A DNA stretch of 64,000 nt, taken from the IMG/VR virus record IMGVR_UViG_3300034082_001517, positions 4,526 through 68,525 of that record. One strand, given 5' to 3'. Both the position numbers and the translations under genes were made by a program. The stretch is from a virus. Below, piece by piece: positions 20,640 through 30,522 of this stretch; the stretch's first letter is position 1, and each line of letters begins with the position of its first letter. The notes beneath the pieces are model-generated. The model searched no databases. It was not told the origin of the DNA and worked only from the letters and a program-made list of their open reading frames with translations.

Positions 20640-21830
20640 TTAGAAAGTACCACCATCAATAGTAGCAGTATTCGCAGCAAGCGCTGCCAATTGAGAGCTA
20701 TAGGCTTGAACATCTGTACCAATTGCAAGACCTAATGCAGTTCTTGCATTACCAGCAGTTGTTGAACCAGTACCACCGTAAGCGATAGCTACAGCAGTTC
20801 CTTGCCATACACCAGTACCAATTGTTCCTACAGATGTAAGACTTGAGGTAACGACACTTGAAGCCAAAGTTGTATTTGAAAGTATTGCTGAACCGCCAAT
20901 ATAAAATGACTTACCAGCGACAATATTAAAATGCTCAGAAGATGTCCAAGCGTCTGTAGCGTCAATCCAGTTAAGTGTCTTATCTGTTGCGCCAAGAATT
21001 GTAATACCAGCACCATCCGCTGTAACATCTGTTGGTGTCGCAACATTGGCAAGAACAATATTCTTATCTTCAACAACCAGTGTTGCTGTATTAAGAGTTG
21101 TTGTATTACCATTAACAACTAAATCCCCAGAGACTGTAAGGTTATTTGAAATAGTGACATTGGCTGGAAGACTTAGTGTGACAGCTCCTACACCAGAGTT
21201 GGAAACTGCGATTTCATTCGCCGTCCCTGTCAAACCAGTTACAAGGTTTGTAGCTCTATCACTAACTTGTGAAGCAGTGATTGAAATAGTTGTATTTGCA
21301 GCGGCAGTTAAACGACCTTGTGCATCAACAGTGAATGTTGCAACAGATCCAGCTGCACCATAATTGGCTGCTGTAACCGCTGTGTTGTCAAGGTTAATGG
21401 TAATTGTATCGGTTGCCCCAGCAGTTGCTGTAAGACCTGTACCACCTGAAATTGTCAGGGTATCACCAGATGTAATTGTCTGACTTGTACCGCCATCGCC
21501 AGCAAGGGTGAATGTTGTTGTAGCATTAGATACAGCACCATCAACATAAAGCTTAGTAGCTGCATGACCGTTTGCGGTTGGAGTTGCAACAATTACTGTA
21601 CCAGTAAATGTTTTGTTACCAGTGATTGTTTGATCACCAGACAAGGTGATAAAAGCACCAAGACCACCGATTGCTTCAACAGTAGTTGCAGTTCCACCTG
21701 CGCCACCAGTTCCTTTACCGTAGTAAAGAATATTATCTACTTCGTTAAATGCTAATTCTGCATTCTCCAAACTTGTAGGTGCACCAGCATTACCAGTTGC
21801 CCTTCTTTTAATTCTCAATGTATTAGCCAT
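20640..21830 (-). CDS. Virion fibre protein (Mtd-N-like head + beta-repeat shaft)
   Basis: LRIKRR...LENAELAFNEVDNILYYG; Thr/Gly/Ala-rich; ends IDGGTF. Confidence 0.75.
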   Translation of the reverse strand: MANTLRIKRRATGNAGAPTSLENAELAFNEVDNILYYGKGTGGAGGTATTVEAIGGLGAFITLSGDQTITGNKTFTGTVIVATPTANGHAATKLYVDGAVSNATTTFTLAGDGGTSQTITSGDTLTISGGTGLTATAGATDTITINLDNTAVTAANYGAAGSVATFTVDAQGRLTAAANTTISITASQVSDRATNLVTGLTGTANEIAVSNSGVGAVTLSLPANVTISNNLTVSGDLVVNGNTTTLNTATLVVEDKNIVLANVATPTDVTADGAGITILGATDKTLNWIDATDAWTSSEHFNIVAGKSFYIGGSAILSNTTLASSVVTSSLTSVGTIGTGVWQGTAVAIAYGGTGSTTAGNARTALGLAIGTDVQAYSSQLAALAANTATIDGGTF

Positions 21831-22102
21831 TAGTAGTTTCCTCCATCCATTAATAGATTTGCTGCGCTATGAACATGATCTGCCCTAGCTGCTAGCACAC
21901 TTACACCTATAACCCCTGCCCGAGCAATGTCGGCAGGAGTAGTATCTGCAAAAGATAAACTTGCTAAGTTTAATGTTGCTGGTGCTGATGTGAGCACCGT
22001 AGTATCGTTTGTTTGTATTGTTACCGCTGTAATTTCAGATGCAACAGTAACAGAAGTTATGTCACCACTACTAACCTGAACGGTTGTAGTTTCCGCTGGC
22101 AT
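21830..22102 (-). CDS. Small virion/fibre protein
   Basis: 90 aa, AARADHVH motif, ends MDGGNY. Confidence 0.6.
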   Translation of the reverse strand: MPAETTTVQVSSGDITSVTVASEITAVTIQTNDTTVLTSAPATLNLASLSFADTTPADIARAGVIGVSVLAARADHVHSAANLLMDGGNY

Positions 22103-22434
22103 TATCTACTTACCTCTCCAACAACTATACAAGACCCCGTAATTAGTGTTGTAATAGTAGCGCCATTAGTTTCTTGAAAATCATAAACATAAGTTCCAGA
22201 TGCTATGTTTGCAGTAGATGCTGCTGTTAAAGACAGGACAACAATGCCATTTGCGGCATTGGTAAGGGTTGATGTAAAAGTAGCACTAATTGTGTCAGAA
22301 TTCCTTTTCCTTCTAATTTGACCAGTATAAGTTCTACTTGTAATATTCACATTTGCATTGGCGCTATCTTTTATACGCAATTCATGCGCATAAGTGTCGC
22401 CTTGATAAATACTAATATCTCTAGTTGCAGCCAT
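22102..22434 (-). CDS. Beta-sandwich virion accessory protein
   Basis: IYQGDT...GIVVLSLTAASTA...YVYD...G pattern common in phage structural modules. Confidence 0.65.
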   Translation of the reverse strand: MAATRDISIYQGDTYAHELRIKDSANANVNITSRTYTGQIRRKRNSDTISATFTSTLTNAANGIVVLSLTAASTANIASGTYVYDFQETNGATITTLITGSCIVVGEVSR

Positions 22435-22465
22435 AATACCTCTCTAAGATTTTATCTTAAATTGG

Positions 22466-23305
22466 TTATGCTAGCAATGCAGCCCAAGTCGGTTGATCAA
22501 TTTGACCCGTTACTGGAATGTTTCTTGCTTTCTGAAATTGCTCAATAAGGTCTTGAGTTTTTTGACCAAAATCACCATCAGGTTTGCAAGGGTAGCCATT
22601 CTTTTCTAAAAGCCTTTGAGCTTCTTTGATAAAAAGACCTTTTTGACCCAACCGTAAAACAGGCTTGCCTTTTGCTTCCTCAACATTTGCTTTTGGTGCT
22701 GCAACTTTTGCTTCAGCAGCGGCTTTTTGTTCCGCTACAGTTCCAAACATCCCCACTGGTTTTGGATTGCGAGCAACATATTCTTGTACAGCAGCAGTTG
22801 GGTTATCCCCAGATACATAACGAATGTGCCAAGGCTCTGAAGGAACAACTTCCCAACTCCACCCAAACTTTTCAACATTTGCAATCAACCAATTCATCCT
22901 TTTCTTTTCAGAGGCGTTAGCAATATCAACAGCCAAGCCGAGATTATGCTGAGACTTACCAGGTGTTGCAAGCATTGCCATACCTTTCTTCAAATACCAA
23001 GTCTTACCTTCAAATTCTTTTGTTGAACCAGTACCAGTATCTTGAAGGCTATAGCGAGTTAAAAATCCAGCCTTTTGGCTGTCATAACTGCGATATAAAT
23101 CACCGCTGCTCGTGGGAGTAAGTTCTACGCCAGCAGCTTTTGCAGCCTCAACCATTGCATTCCAAGCATCTGCTGCAAGATAAAATAATTTTCCACCCGT
23201 TGAGATGTCTCGCAACAAACTTGGGTGCAACTTACCTGGCTCTACACTTTTTAATGCAGCAGGCATTTTAACGGGAACAATATAATCCCATTCAACTTTA
23301 GCCAT
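22466..23305 (-). CDS. Endolysin: M15 (VanY-like) peptidase + C-terminal peptidoglycan-binding domain
   Basis: YRS, PGKSQHNLGLAVD, EPWH zinc motifs; LRLG...DGDFG..T...FQ...TG PG-binding motif. Confidence 0.9.
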   Translation of the reverse strand: MAKVEWDYIVPVKMPAALKSVEPGKLHPSLLRDISTGGKLFYLAADAWNAMVEAAKAAGVELTPTSSGDLYRSYDSQKAGFLTRYSLQDTGTGSTKEFEGKTWYLKKGMAMLATPGKSQHNLGLAVDIANASEKKRMNWLIANVEKFGWSWEVVPSEPWHIRYVSGDNPTAAVQEYVARNPKPVGMFGTVAEQKAAAEAKVAAPKANVEEAKGKPVLRLGQKGLFIKEAQRLLEKNGYPCKPDGDFGQKTQDLIEQFQKARNIPVTGQIDQPTWAALLA

Positions 23306-23544
23306 TATTTATCTCCTCCAACTTTCCTATTAAATACAGCATCAATTTCTGCTATAGATAGTTTACCATCATCCAGGAAGGCTCGTGAGAGTCCTTCTAC
23401 AACAACAGCTACTCCAGCAATGCCCGCCATAAAACAAGCTTTCCATAAAGGCACATCGGCTATAGCGCCAGCTCCGATAACACCGAGAGCTGACGCAGAG
23501 AAAGTAGCCAGTATTCTAAAAAGAATATTCTGTATTTGTTTCAC
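23305..23544 (-). CDS. Holin-like membrane protein
   Basis: 79 aa, two TM segments, adjacent to endolysin. Confidence 0.7.
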   Translation of the reverse strand: MKQIQNILFRILATFSASALGVIGAGAIADVPLWKACFMAGIAGVAVVVEGLSRAFLDDGKLSIAEIDAVFNRKVGGDK

Positions 23545-23571
23545 TTAAACTCCTAAATTATTTTAAAGGGA

Positions 23572-23769
23572 TTATTTTCCCCGACCAAAAGCAGGATCGT
23601 TTGGATTCAACCAACGCATGATTACAGGTGCAAGAGCAGCAACTCCAGCAGTACCGATAGCTTTCAAATCATGATTACCTGTCATATAAACTGCGAGTCC
23701 AGCTCCAATAAAGGATCTTGCCCAAGACGCAACCATTTTCTTATTATTCTCATTTAACAAAGTAGACAA
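23572..23769 (-). CDS. Holin-like membrane protein
   Basis: SWARSF...APVIMRWLNPNDPAFG actinophage holin-type motif; TTG start after AGGAGG. Confidence 0.75.
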   Translation of the reverse strand: MSTLLNENNKKMVASWARSFIGAGLAVYMTGNHDLKAIGTAGVAALAPVIMRWLNPNDPAFGRGK

Positions 23770-23821
23770 AAGACCACCTCCTTGCCCCAACGGGCGATAC
23801 TACATTATATCGTAACTATTA

Positions 23822-23989
23822 TTATTCATCATCCTTCTTGATCATTTGACCAACAAGATGAATTACAGCAGCAATTACTGTGATTTTAATTGCAGAATTA
23901 AGCGTTGGACCAGACAGAGTAATAAATACCATAAAAGATCCAGATAAAGTCCATGTTAAATCATGCATTTCTTTTAACAATTTTTTCAT
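23822..23989 (-). CDS. Small membrane protein (55 aa)
   Basis: MKKLLKEMHDLTWTLSGSFMVFITLSG...; ATGA overlap with the stop of the 657-aa gene. Confidence 0.65.
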   Translation of the reverse strand: MKKLLKEMHDLTWTLSGSFMVFITLSGPTLNSAIKITVIAAVIHLVGQMIKKDDE

Positions 23990-25959
23990 TTTATTCTCCT
24001 CCGAGGCTGACCCTTACGCCTATTAATTTTAGATGATTTTCCATTATCGGGCATACCGCCCCCACCAGCAGGTGAGCCTCCACTTCCACCCGATGACCCA
24101 CCAGATAGTGGTGCAGCGCCAGCAGCAGTTGTAAGTGTTGTAGCGATTGCAGTTACAGCAACAAATGTTCTTCTTACCCCAACATTAATGCCTGAATCAG
24201 TCGGGACATATATATCAAACACCCCTTCAAATATATTAAGTTCTTCTTCAAATGCCTCTTTCACTTCCGTAGGAGCGTCTACAAGAGCTTGTGAAATTGC
24301 AAGACCATCTTCTGCTGTAACTTCAGAAACTACAATCACATCAAAGACTTCAGTTGCTTGAGATCCATCAATGCTTTCAAGCACTTTGGGGCTTGTTGCT
24401 AATTCAGTTGCTTGATCAGCAGAAACACCGCCATCTTGACTGATAACTAAATCAACTACTTGCGAAACTTGATCCGAACTAATTGTATCCGATTCCAAAA
24501 CATCAACTACCGCAGTAAATGCTTCTTGTGTGAGAGGCTGTTCAAGCACAGCCGTAAAGGTTGTAACCAATACCTCATCAGATACTTCCTCATCAAAGAT
24601 AGCCGTAATAACCGCTGTAAGTTCTTCAATGGATACAGGTTGCGAAAGTACATCCTCGGCAAGAGAAATAGTTTCTGCATCAGATAAGTCCCCGTCAAAA
24701 GCCGCAGTAAACACTGCTGTCAATTCTGCTGATGAAAGGTCGGAACTTAACAAGTTTTCAACAATTGCACCCATCTCTTCTACACTTGCTTCCTCACTAA
24801 AGACAGTATCCATTACAATTGTAAGTTCTTCACCCGAAAGACTAGAACTCAGCAAACTGACAAGGACTTCAGACACCTGCTCTGTATCAGATGTATCGGT
24901 AAGTACGGCATCCATCACCGCAGTAAATTGTTCAGTAGAAAGGTCTGCGTCCAAGATATTATCAAGTGCAGCCGTTATTTCTTCTGTTGAAGCGTCAGCT
25001 GTAAAGGTGTCTTCAAGGATATTCGTTAATACCGCATCCGATATAACCTCACCGACAGAAGGTAGCGTTATATCTGTATCAACAGTAATGTCTGTATCAG
25101 GCACACTGGTGTTCGGAACAACTTCTTCAGGAATTGAGCTTGTGGTTTCAGCAGGTGTTTCTACAACAACAGGCTCGGGATCTGGAATTGCAACTGTCGT
25201 AGGCTCTGGAGACACCTCCACAGGAGCCTCTGGGAGCGTTTCTGGTGTACTTATAACCTCAACCGTGGTTGCTGGAGCCTCTGGTGTAATTATAACAACT
25301 ACCGCTGTTGTTTCTGGGATTACTACGGTTGTTGTTTCTGGGATTACTACGGTTGTTGTTGTTTCTGGGATGGTGCTTGTTGTTGTAGTCGTGGTTGTAG
25401 TCGTGGTTGTAGTAGTAGAGGTAGTCGTAGTGGTAGTAGAAGTTGTTGTAGTTGATTCAACAATACCATTCCATAAAGATAAATTGCTAATTGTAAGATG
25501 ACCAGGTTGACAGCAGGTATCTATTGAGTATTGGCGAAATGTAAAGATGTCGCCTTCTTCAACAGGCACAGACAAGGTTCCCGATGAAGTGTTGACTTGT
25601 GTAATCAGCGTGTAAACCCCGTTGATACCGTACTGCGGTGGGTCATATACCCAACCGTCATTCGTTTGATATGACCAAGTAAAATCAAGGGTTGCTAGAT
25701 CATCAGGGATTGTGGTTTCAATTTTGACCCAATGCGCTCCCCCACAAGGTGATCCTTGCGGTGCTAATTGGTTATCAGGACCATGTAAAGTTATGGCGTT
25801 GTCTACGACTTCAATGTAACCACCACAGTTTTGTGATTGACTATATGCCCACTCGCCAAGCGCATCGGCTTTAACAGAGTACGGTGTTGGAAAAAACCAA
25901 GCGAAAATAAGTGCGGGCAAAATTACCCAGGAACCTTTTCTGAACCTAATGTTTTTCAC
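23986..25959 (-). CDS. Exported, membrane-anchored protein with Thr/Pro/Glu stalk and acidic helical repeats
   Basis: Signal peptide ending VKA; Cys-containing beta domain; poly-Thr; approx. 19-aa acidic repeats; C-terminal hydrophobic segment and basic tail. Confidence 0.8.
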   Translation of the reverse strand: MKNIRFRKGSWVILPALIFAWFFPTPYSVKADALGEWAYSQSQNCGGYIEVVDNAITLHGPDNQLAPQGSPCGGAHWVKIETTIPDDLATLDFTWSYQTNDGWVYDPPQYGINGVYTLITQVNTSSGTLSVPVEEGDIFTFRQYSIDTCCQPGHLTISNLSLWNGIVESTTTTSTTTTTTSTTTTTTTTTTTTTSTIPETTTTVVIPETTTVVIPETTAVVVIITPEAPATTVEVISTPETLPEAPVEVSPEPTTVAIPDPEPVVVETPAETTSSIPEEVVPNTSVPDTDITVDTDITLPSVGEVISDAVLTNILEDTFTADASTEEITAALDNILDADLSTEQFTAVMDAVLTDTSDTEQVSEVLVSLLSSSLSGEELTIVMDTVFSEEASVEEMGAIVENLLSSDLSSAELTAVFTAAFDGDLSDAETISLAEDVLSQPVSIEELTAVITAIFDEEVSDEVLVTTFTAVLEQPLTQEAFTAVVDVLESDTISSDQVSQVVDLVISQDGGVSADQATELATSPKVLESIDGSQATEVFDVIVVSEVTAEDGLAISQALVDAPTEVKEAFEEELNIFEGVFDIYVPTDSGINVGVRRTFVAVTAIATTLTTAAGAAPLSGGSSGGSGGSPAGGGGMPDNGKSSKINRRKGQPRRRIK

Positions 25960-26051
25960 ATATAGATTATAGTTTATATATGATTAATTAGAAAATATAC
26001 TTTTAACCCTATGGACTAATAACATTATAAATGTTATTCCGAAAGGACACA

Positions 26052-26345
26052 TTAGTTAAACCACCACCAATGTTTAAGAATAGATAAAGAAGCAAGAATT
26101 ACCCATAGAACATTAAAAAGAATAATTGTGGGAAGTGTCTTTTTCGTAGATGTCCAGATTAAAGCAACGCTGGAGATGATGGCAAAGATGTAGAGCCACC
26201 AAAACTGTTTGCCGAATAAAAGACCAGGAAAGATAATTGCAATCTTTGTGGAAAATCCCCAAGCCTCTACGGTATTCACTCTTGTCCAGTAGTCCCTGGA
26301 GGACATTGTTTTAATAGCTGAAATAATTTTATTAGAAAACATCAA
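26052..26345 (-). CDS. Small membrane protein
   Basis: 97 aa, approx. 3 TM segments. Confidence 0.7.
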   Translation of the reverse strand: MMFSNKIISAIKTMSSRDYWTRVNTVEAWGFSTKIAIIFPGLLFGKQFWWLYIFAIISSVALIWTSTKKTLPTIILFNVLWVILASLSILKHWWWFN

Positions 26346-27021
26346 AAAGATCTTTTGGTCGTTGAGTATCTATCTTTGATTTTAACCACAAATTAAACTG
26401 TTCTGACATATCAGGAATGTTGGACGGTCTTTCTTGAGCAAAAACATCTCCCTTCAAGTATCTATACAAGTGCATGTCGGGAAGTTGATTGATCTCACTT
26501 ACAATATCTTCAGGAATATCCAAAAGCTCCAGTGAATACTTTGAGTACTCAGCCATTATTTCCCTATTGTTAAATGGCTCTTCGTACACAGACGACCACT
26601 CAAGCATGTTCTTAAAGAGCTCCTGCATTGTTCTAGCACACCATAATCTAGCCTTGTCTTTTGTTGCTTCATAACTACTATCAAAATAAGTAAATTTAGT
26701 AGCGGAAGAAATTGCCTTCGTCTCTGGAACCTCAATATAGATGATATAAAAATGAGGAGAATAGTCAAGCACTATTTGATAAGTCTGTAAGTGGGAAACG
26801 GTAGGTATCCAATCAACACCGAATGGAAACTCAGAATCCTCTTGCCAAAGCAATGCTTGTGGACCGTAACCTCCTGAGTCGCAACGAAACATTGAATCTT
26901 CTAGACCAGTTGAATTGACAAACATACCTTTAGTCAAGACAAATAAACCTTGTTGGTCATTTTGTCCAATTACTTTTAAAAAATTAGAATAATCTATCGG
27001 TTCCATATTTTCCTCCACCAT
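26332..27021 (-). CDS. Hypothetical protein
   Basis: 229-aa ORF in operon with overlapping neighbours. Confidence 0.7.
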   Translation of the reverse strand: MVEENMEPIDYSNFLKVIGQNDQQGLFVLTKGMFVNSTGLEDSMFRCDSGGYGPQALLWQEDSEFPFGVDWIPTVSHLQTYQIVLDYSPHFYIIYIEVPETKAISSATKFTYFDSSYEATKDKARLWCARTMQELFKNMLEWSSVYEEPFNNREIMAEYSKYSLELLDIPEDIVSEINQLPDMHLYRYLKGDVFAQERPSNIPDMSEQFNLWLKSKIDTQRPKDLFDVF

Positions 27022-27827
27022 TTTTTATTTAATAGGTCTTTTTCTATTTTACCATCTACGACACGCCTATTTTGCCTATATGGTTTTGCCGTTGATGAAC
27101 CCGATGGGAATACTGGACCCGCATTAAACCCTCTACTTGCTACAAATCGTGTCCAAGAAGAATCTTCAAACTTTACCGTTGGTGTGCCATATTTTCTTTC
27201 AAATGGAATCAAATGTAATACTGGTGTTCCATATTTTATTGTAAATTCTTTGTCAGTTTTAATATTTAAAACAAGATTCATGATGTGATAAAAATCCGTG
27301 TGAACAACTGCGGGTATAACATCGTAGTTTAAGTTTGGCTCAAACAAAACGGGAAGCACCAATGTAGACCAACCTGGTGCTGTAATAAATGACCACGGGT
27401 TAACAATCTTAGGATAGCAAGAGTCCTCTATTTTTCTTACATCAGTCATTGGGCATACTCCAGTTTGACCAAAACCAAAAGATTGCACAGCAAATACTTC
27501 TTCACCTTGGTTCCCTACTTTGATCTGGTCTAAGTTAACATTCCACCTTCTGTCAGTGCTTGGGTCTGGAGAAAAAACGGCGTTTGTCCACATTGGAACC
27601 GTTATCCCCACATTTAAAAAATCCTGTGTCCCCGCACATCCTCTTATAGAGCCTGCATACTTACCAATATTACGAAACCACTTTGGAGTATTTGAAATAG
27701 TATTTGCGTAAGGTTTTCCTTGTTCTTCCATCATACTTGGATGTTGCGGCACTATAAGAATTTCCCCTGCTTTTGGTTTTTTCAAATGCTCGTAGTTCTT
27801 ATTTTTTATTGAGCGAAACTTAATCAT
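26994..27827 (-). CDS. dUTPase-like-fold hypothetical protein of phage oxygenase clusters
   Basis: PKWF...CAG..D...NPWSFITAPGWS...VVHTD...IKYGTPVLHLIPF motif pattern. Confidence 0.65.
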   Translation of the reverse strand: MIKFRSIKNKNYEHLKKPKAGEILIVPQHPSMMEEQGKPYANTISNTPKWFRNIGKYAGSIRGCAGTQDFLNVGITVPMWTNAVFSPDPSTDRRWNVNLDQIKVGNQGEEVFAVQSFGFGQTGVCPMTDVRKIEDSCYPKIVNPWSFITAPGWSTLVLPVLFEPNLNYDVIPAVVHTDFYHIMNLVLNIKTDKEFTIKYGTPVLHLIPFERKYGTPTVKFEDSSWTRFVASRGFNAGPVFPSGSSTAKPYRQNRRVVDGKIEKDLLNKKWWRKIWNR

Positions 27828-29295
27828 TATAAAGCTCCTTCAATGATTGAGCATGGTCAACAGTTTCGTGGTCAAACCTTGCTAGCATAACATTAGACAT
27901 ATGTTGAGCAACTTTTCCTCTAATACTTAATCTCTCAAGCAAAGTAGAAGATGAATTGCGATTTAGGACATTCTGCCCTTGAGCAACATGTATTAGGTGT
28001 GCTGGCAAAAAGAGTTCTCCATTAGTAAATGAAACATCTTCACGCATGGGGAGTCTTTCGCTCCAAAGCGCTAACAACTCCTCAAGAGTAGGGTTGATAG
28101 GCATTTCTGAAACTGCTCTCCAAAATGGAGTATCAGCACGATCTGAGACATAGTGTAAACGAATCATTGTTAAGACATTATCCATCATTAAGTTTATTCT
28201 CTTATTATAAAACTTCTGCATGTGCTGATTATTTTCATTATATGAAGCCAGATTTCCTACCAAGTTTATAACTTGTTGGATCGTAGTACCAATACTGGTT
28301 GCCTCAAGCGGTTCAACAAAAGCAGAGGCTAAACCTACGGCGCAACAATTTTTTACCCATGTTTGCTCAAGATGACCTGCATCAAATTTAAAAGTCTTAT
28401 GAGCACCAACTGTGTAGTTAGTTACTACCTGTACTTCATTAATTGCTTCTTCTTCTGTAATAAAGTCAGATGCAAACACATAGCCGTTACCTCTTCTTTG
28501 CTGTGTGGGAATTTCCCATATCCACCCAGCAGATGCGGCTCTTGCCCTTGTGTATGGTCTTATCTCTCCACTTGGGTCTGATTCTGTTGGAAAAGCAATT
28601 GCTGAATCTACAAGCAGATACTTGCTAAAAGAGTTCCACTTTGCTGCACCTAGTTTTGTCATTAAAAGTCTTTTAAGCCCAGTTGCGTCAATCCAAAAGT
28701 CAGCTTCTAATGTTGCTGTATTTTCAAGGACAATAGACTCTATGTTTCCATTTTCTACATTTAATGTTATATCTTTTACTTCTGCATCAATAATTTTAAT
28801 CCTTCTTTCAAAACAAAGTTTCTCAAAAAAAGCATTAAGTTTCATTGTGTCAAAATGATATTGGTTTGTATTGTTATGCAAATTGTGTTTACGAATTCTG
28901 TTTTTTAGAAAACCATCTGTAGTCATTGCGGTTGTTAAGAATTGGTTTTTTTCTATAAATCCTGCGTACAAACCAAAGTTATTCCAATTGAAACCCGAAT
29001 CATCACCACCCACACTGTGAAAGTAGTCTGAGTTCTTAGTGTGCCAATTTTCAAAACGAATACCATATTTATGGGTAGCATCCGTTTGTGTTAACAAATC
29101 ATGCAATGGAATTTCACATAACTCCATAAACTTCTTCCAGTGCTCTGTACTGCCCTCCCCCACCCCGATTATTCCTATCTTTGATGAAGAAACAATAGTT
29201 ATATCTGAAGACGGAAAAGCCTGTCTAATGATTATTGCAGCAATCATTCCTGCTGTACCAGACCCAACTATGCCTATAGAGAAGTTGTTACTCAT
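27820..29295 (-). CDS. Flavin-dependent tryptophan halogenase family protein
   Basis: GSGTAG FAD motif, GVGEGS, catalytic-Lys context ATHKYGI, WIWEIP, FVEPLEATSI; start at MSNNF (ATGA overlap). Confidence 0.92.
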   Translation of the reverse strand: MSNNFSIGIVGSGTAGMIAAIIIRQAFPSSDITIVSSSKIGIIGVGEGSTEHWKKFMELCEIPLHDLLTQTDATHKYGIRFENWHTKNSDYFHSVGGDDSGFNWNNFGLYAGFIEKNQFLTTAMTTDGFLKNRIRKHNLHNNTNQYHFDTMKLNAFFEKLCFERRIKIIDAEVKDITLNVENGNIESIVLENTATLEADFWIDATGLKRLLMTKLGAAKWNSFSKYLLVDSAIAFPTESDPSGEIRPYTRARAASAGWIWEIPTQQRRGNGYVFASDFITEEEAINEVQVVTNYTVGAHKTFKFDAGHLEQTWVKNCCAVGLASAFVEPLEATSIGTTIQQVINLVGNLASYNENNQHMQKFYNKRINLMMDNVLTMIRLHYVSDRADTPFWRAVSEMPINPTLEELLALWSERLPMREDVSFTNGELFLPAHLIHVAQGQNVLNRNSSSTLLERLSIRGKVAQHMSNVMLARFDHETVDHAQSLKELYND

Positions 29296-29864
29296 GCAAA
29301 CCAAGTCACTAATGAGTATTTAACACCATCGTTTACGGGATGTGCTTGATGGTCGTAAGTAAGCCCTGACGGAAATAAAACAACTGAACCTGGAGTAGCC
29401 TCAATTTCTACTTTATGAAAAGGAAATTCCAGCATTCCGCCGCTAGAAGTGTTTTCTAAAATAGCAACTAAACTAAAAAGTCTATTGAATCCTCTACCAG
29501 CATCAAGGTGCGTTCCGTATCTAGCTCCATTTTCGTATCTTAGCATTTGCATAGGTTCATGATACCCGCTTTTTGCCATAAAATACGCAGAGTAATCTAG
29601 AAAGCAATCTTGCAAAGGTAAATAAATATCATTCCTAAACATGTCATATAAGTGATGTGTCTTGTTTGGATTCATAATCCATTGCAAATCACAACCATCT
29701 GATGTTCTATATTCCGTTGCCTCTCCACCAGATCCAATCAAAGATTTCCTCCAAAAAGTTTCTGCTCCTCGCAAACATTCTTTTTCTAATTCTTGGATAA
29801 AATTCTTACCATCAAGGACATCTTGATAAACAGAAATTCCTATTGACTTTTCTTGCAGTTTCAT
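29292..29864 (-). CDS. 2OG-Fe(II) oxygenase (prolyl-4-hydroxylase-like)
   Basis: HLD...GGMLEF...FPS...HQAHPV..GVKYSLVTW; start at MKLQEK. Confidence 0.9.
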   Translation of the reverse strand: MKLQEKSIGISVYQDVLDGKNFIQELEKECLRGAETFWRKSLIGSGGEATEYRTSDGCDLQWIMNPNKTHHLYDMFRNDIYLPLQDCFLDYSAYFMAKSGYHEPMQMLRYENGARYGTHLDAGRGFNRLFSLVAILENTSSGGMLEFPFHKVEIEATPGSVVLFPSGLTYDHQAHPVNDGVKYSLVTWFA

Positions 29865-30280
29865 TAGATTACCTGAAAAGATCTCTCTATGACGCATTCA
29901 TCTTTTGAATAGATTTTAAAAATATATTCGCCAATCAGCTGTGGTCTATACAAAAAACGAAGGTGGTGCTCTTCGTGAATAATCGGAAAAACTTTGTCTT
30001 GATCAATTGAGTCGCTGCTCATAATACAATAATCGTCCTTGTTGAAGTTAATCCAATCATTTGTGTAGTAAATGCATTGAATAAAATTTACTTTAACCGT
30101 TTTTTCAAAAGAGCAAATATTAATTGTTGGTACAAACAATAATTGCACAATTTCTTCATCAAAAGTTATATCATTCATTGATTTACTTTTGCCAATCGTA
30201 ATTGGCAATTGTGTCTGTAGTGATAAACTTTCTGCTTGTGCCATGTCTCCATTAGCAGGGCAGTAAATAACTCTTTGCAT
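29864..30280 (-). CDS. Hypothetical protein
   Basis: 138-aa coupled ORF. Confidence 0.65.
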   Translation of the reverse strand: MQRVIYCPANGDMAQAESLSLQTQLPITIGKSKSMNDITFDEEIVQLLFVPTINICSFEKTVKVNFIQCIYYTNDWINFNKDDYCIMSSDSIDQDKVFPIIHEEHHLRFLYRPQLIGEYIFKIYSKDECVIERSFQVI

Positions 30281-30514
30281 TTACAGACTGCTTAGTTTAT
30301 TATTGATGTTTACCACTCTTTTGCATAGCTCACTTAATTGATATGAATCACCCATCGGTAGAGTTTCGTCTGACTGATAAGTGCTCGGGTCAAAAGTTTC
30401 TGTGTCTATGCCAAGAAAGACGCATAAACGAAAAATGTCAGATAGCGCATTTTTCTTATACATATTTAAAGCATTAACTTTGTCTTGTGCTGAAATTTCA
30501 TTAAAAATTGTCAT
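30281..30514 (-). CDS. Hypothetical protein
   Basis: 77 aa, AGGAG RBS. Confidence 0.65.
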   Translation of the reverse strand: MTIFNEISAQDKVNALNMYKKNALSDIFRLCVFLGIDTETFDPSTYQSDETLPMGDSYQLSELCKRVVNINNKLSSL

Positions 30515-30522
30515 ATTGACTC

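Noticed and set aside
20403-21830. Diversity-generating retroelement suggested by Mtd-N-like domains
   Set aside because: No reverse transcriptase and no adenine-specific TR/VR pair seen; the similarity between the two fibres (approx. 21090-21190 vs 33950-34060) looks like ordinary module sharing.
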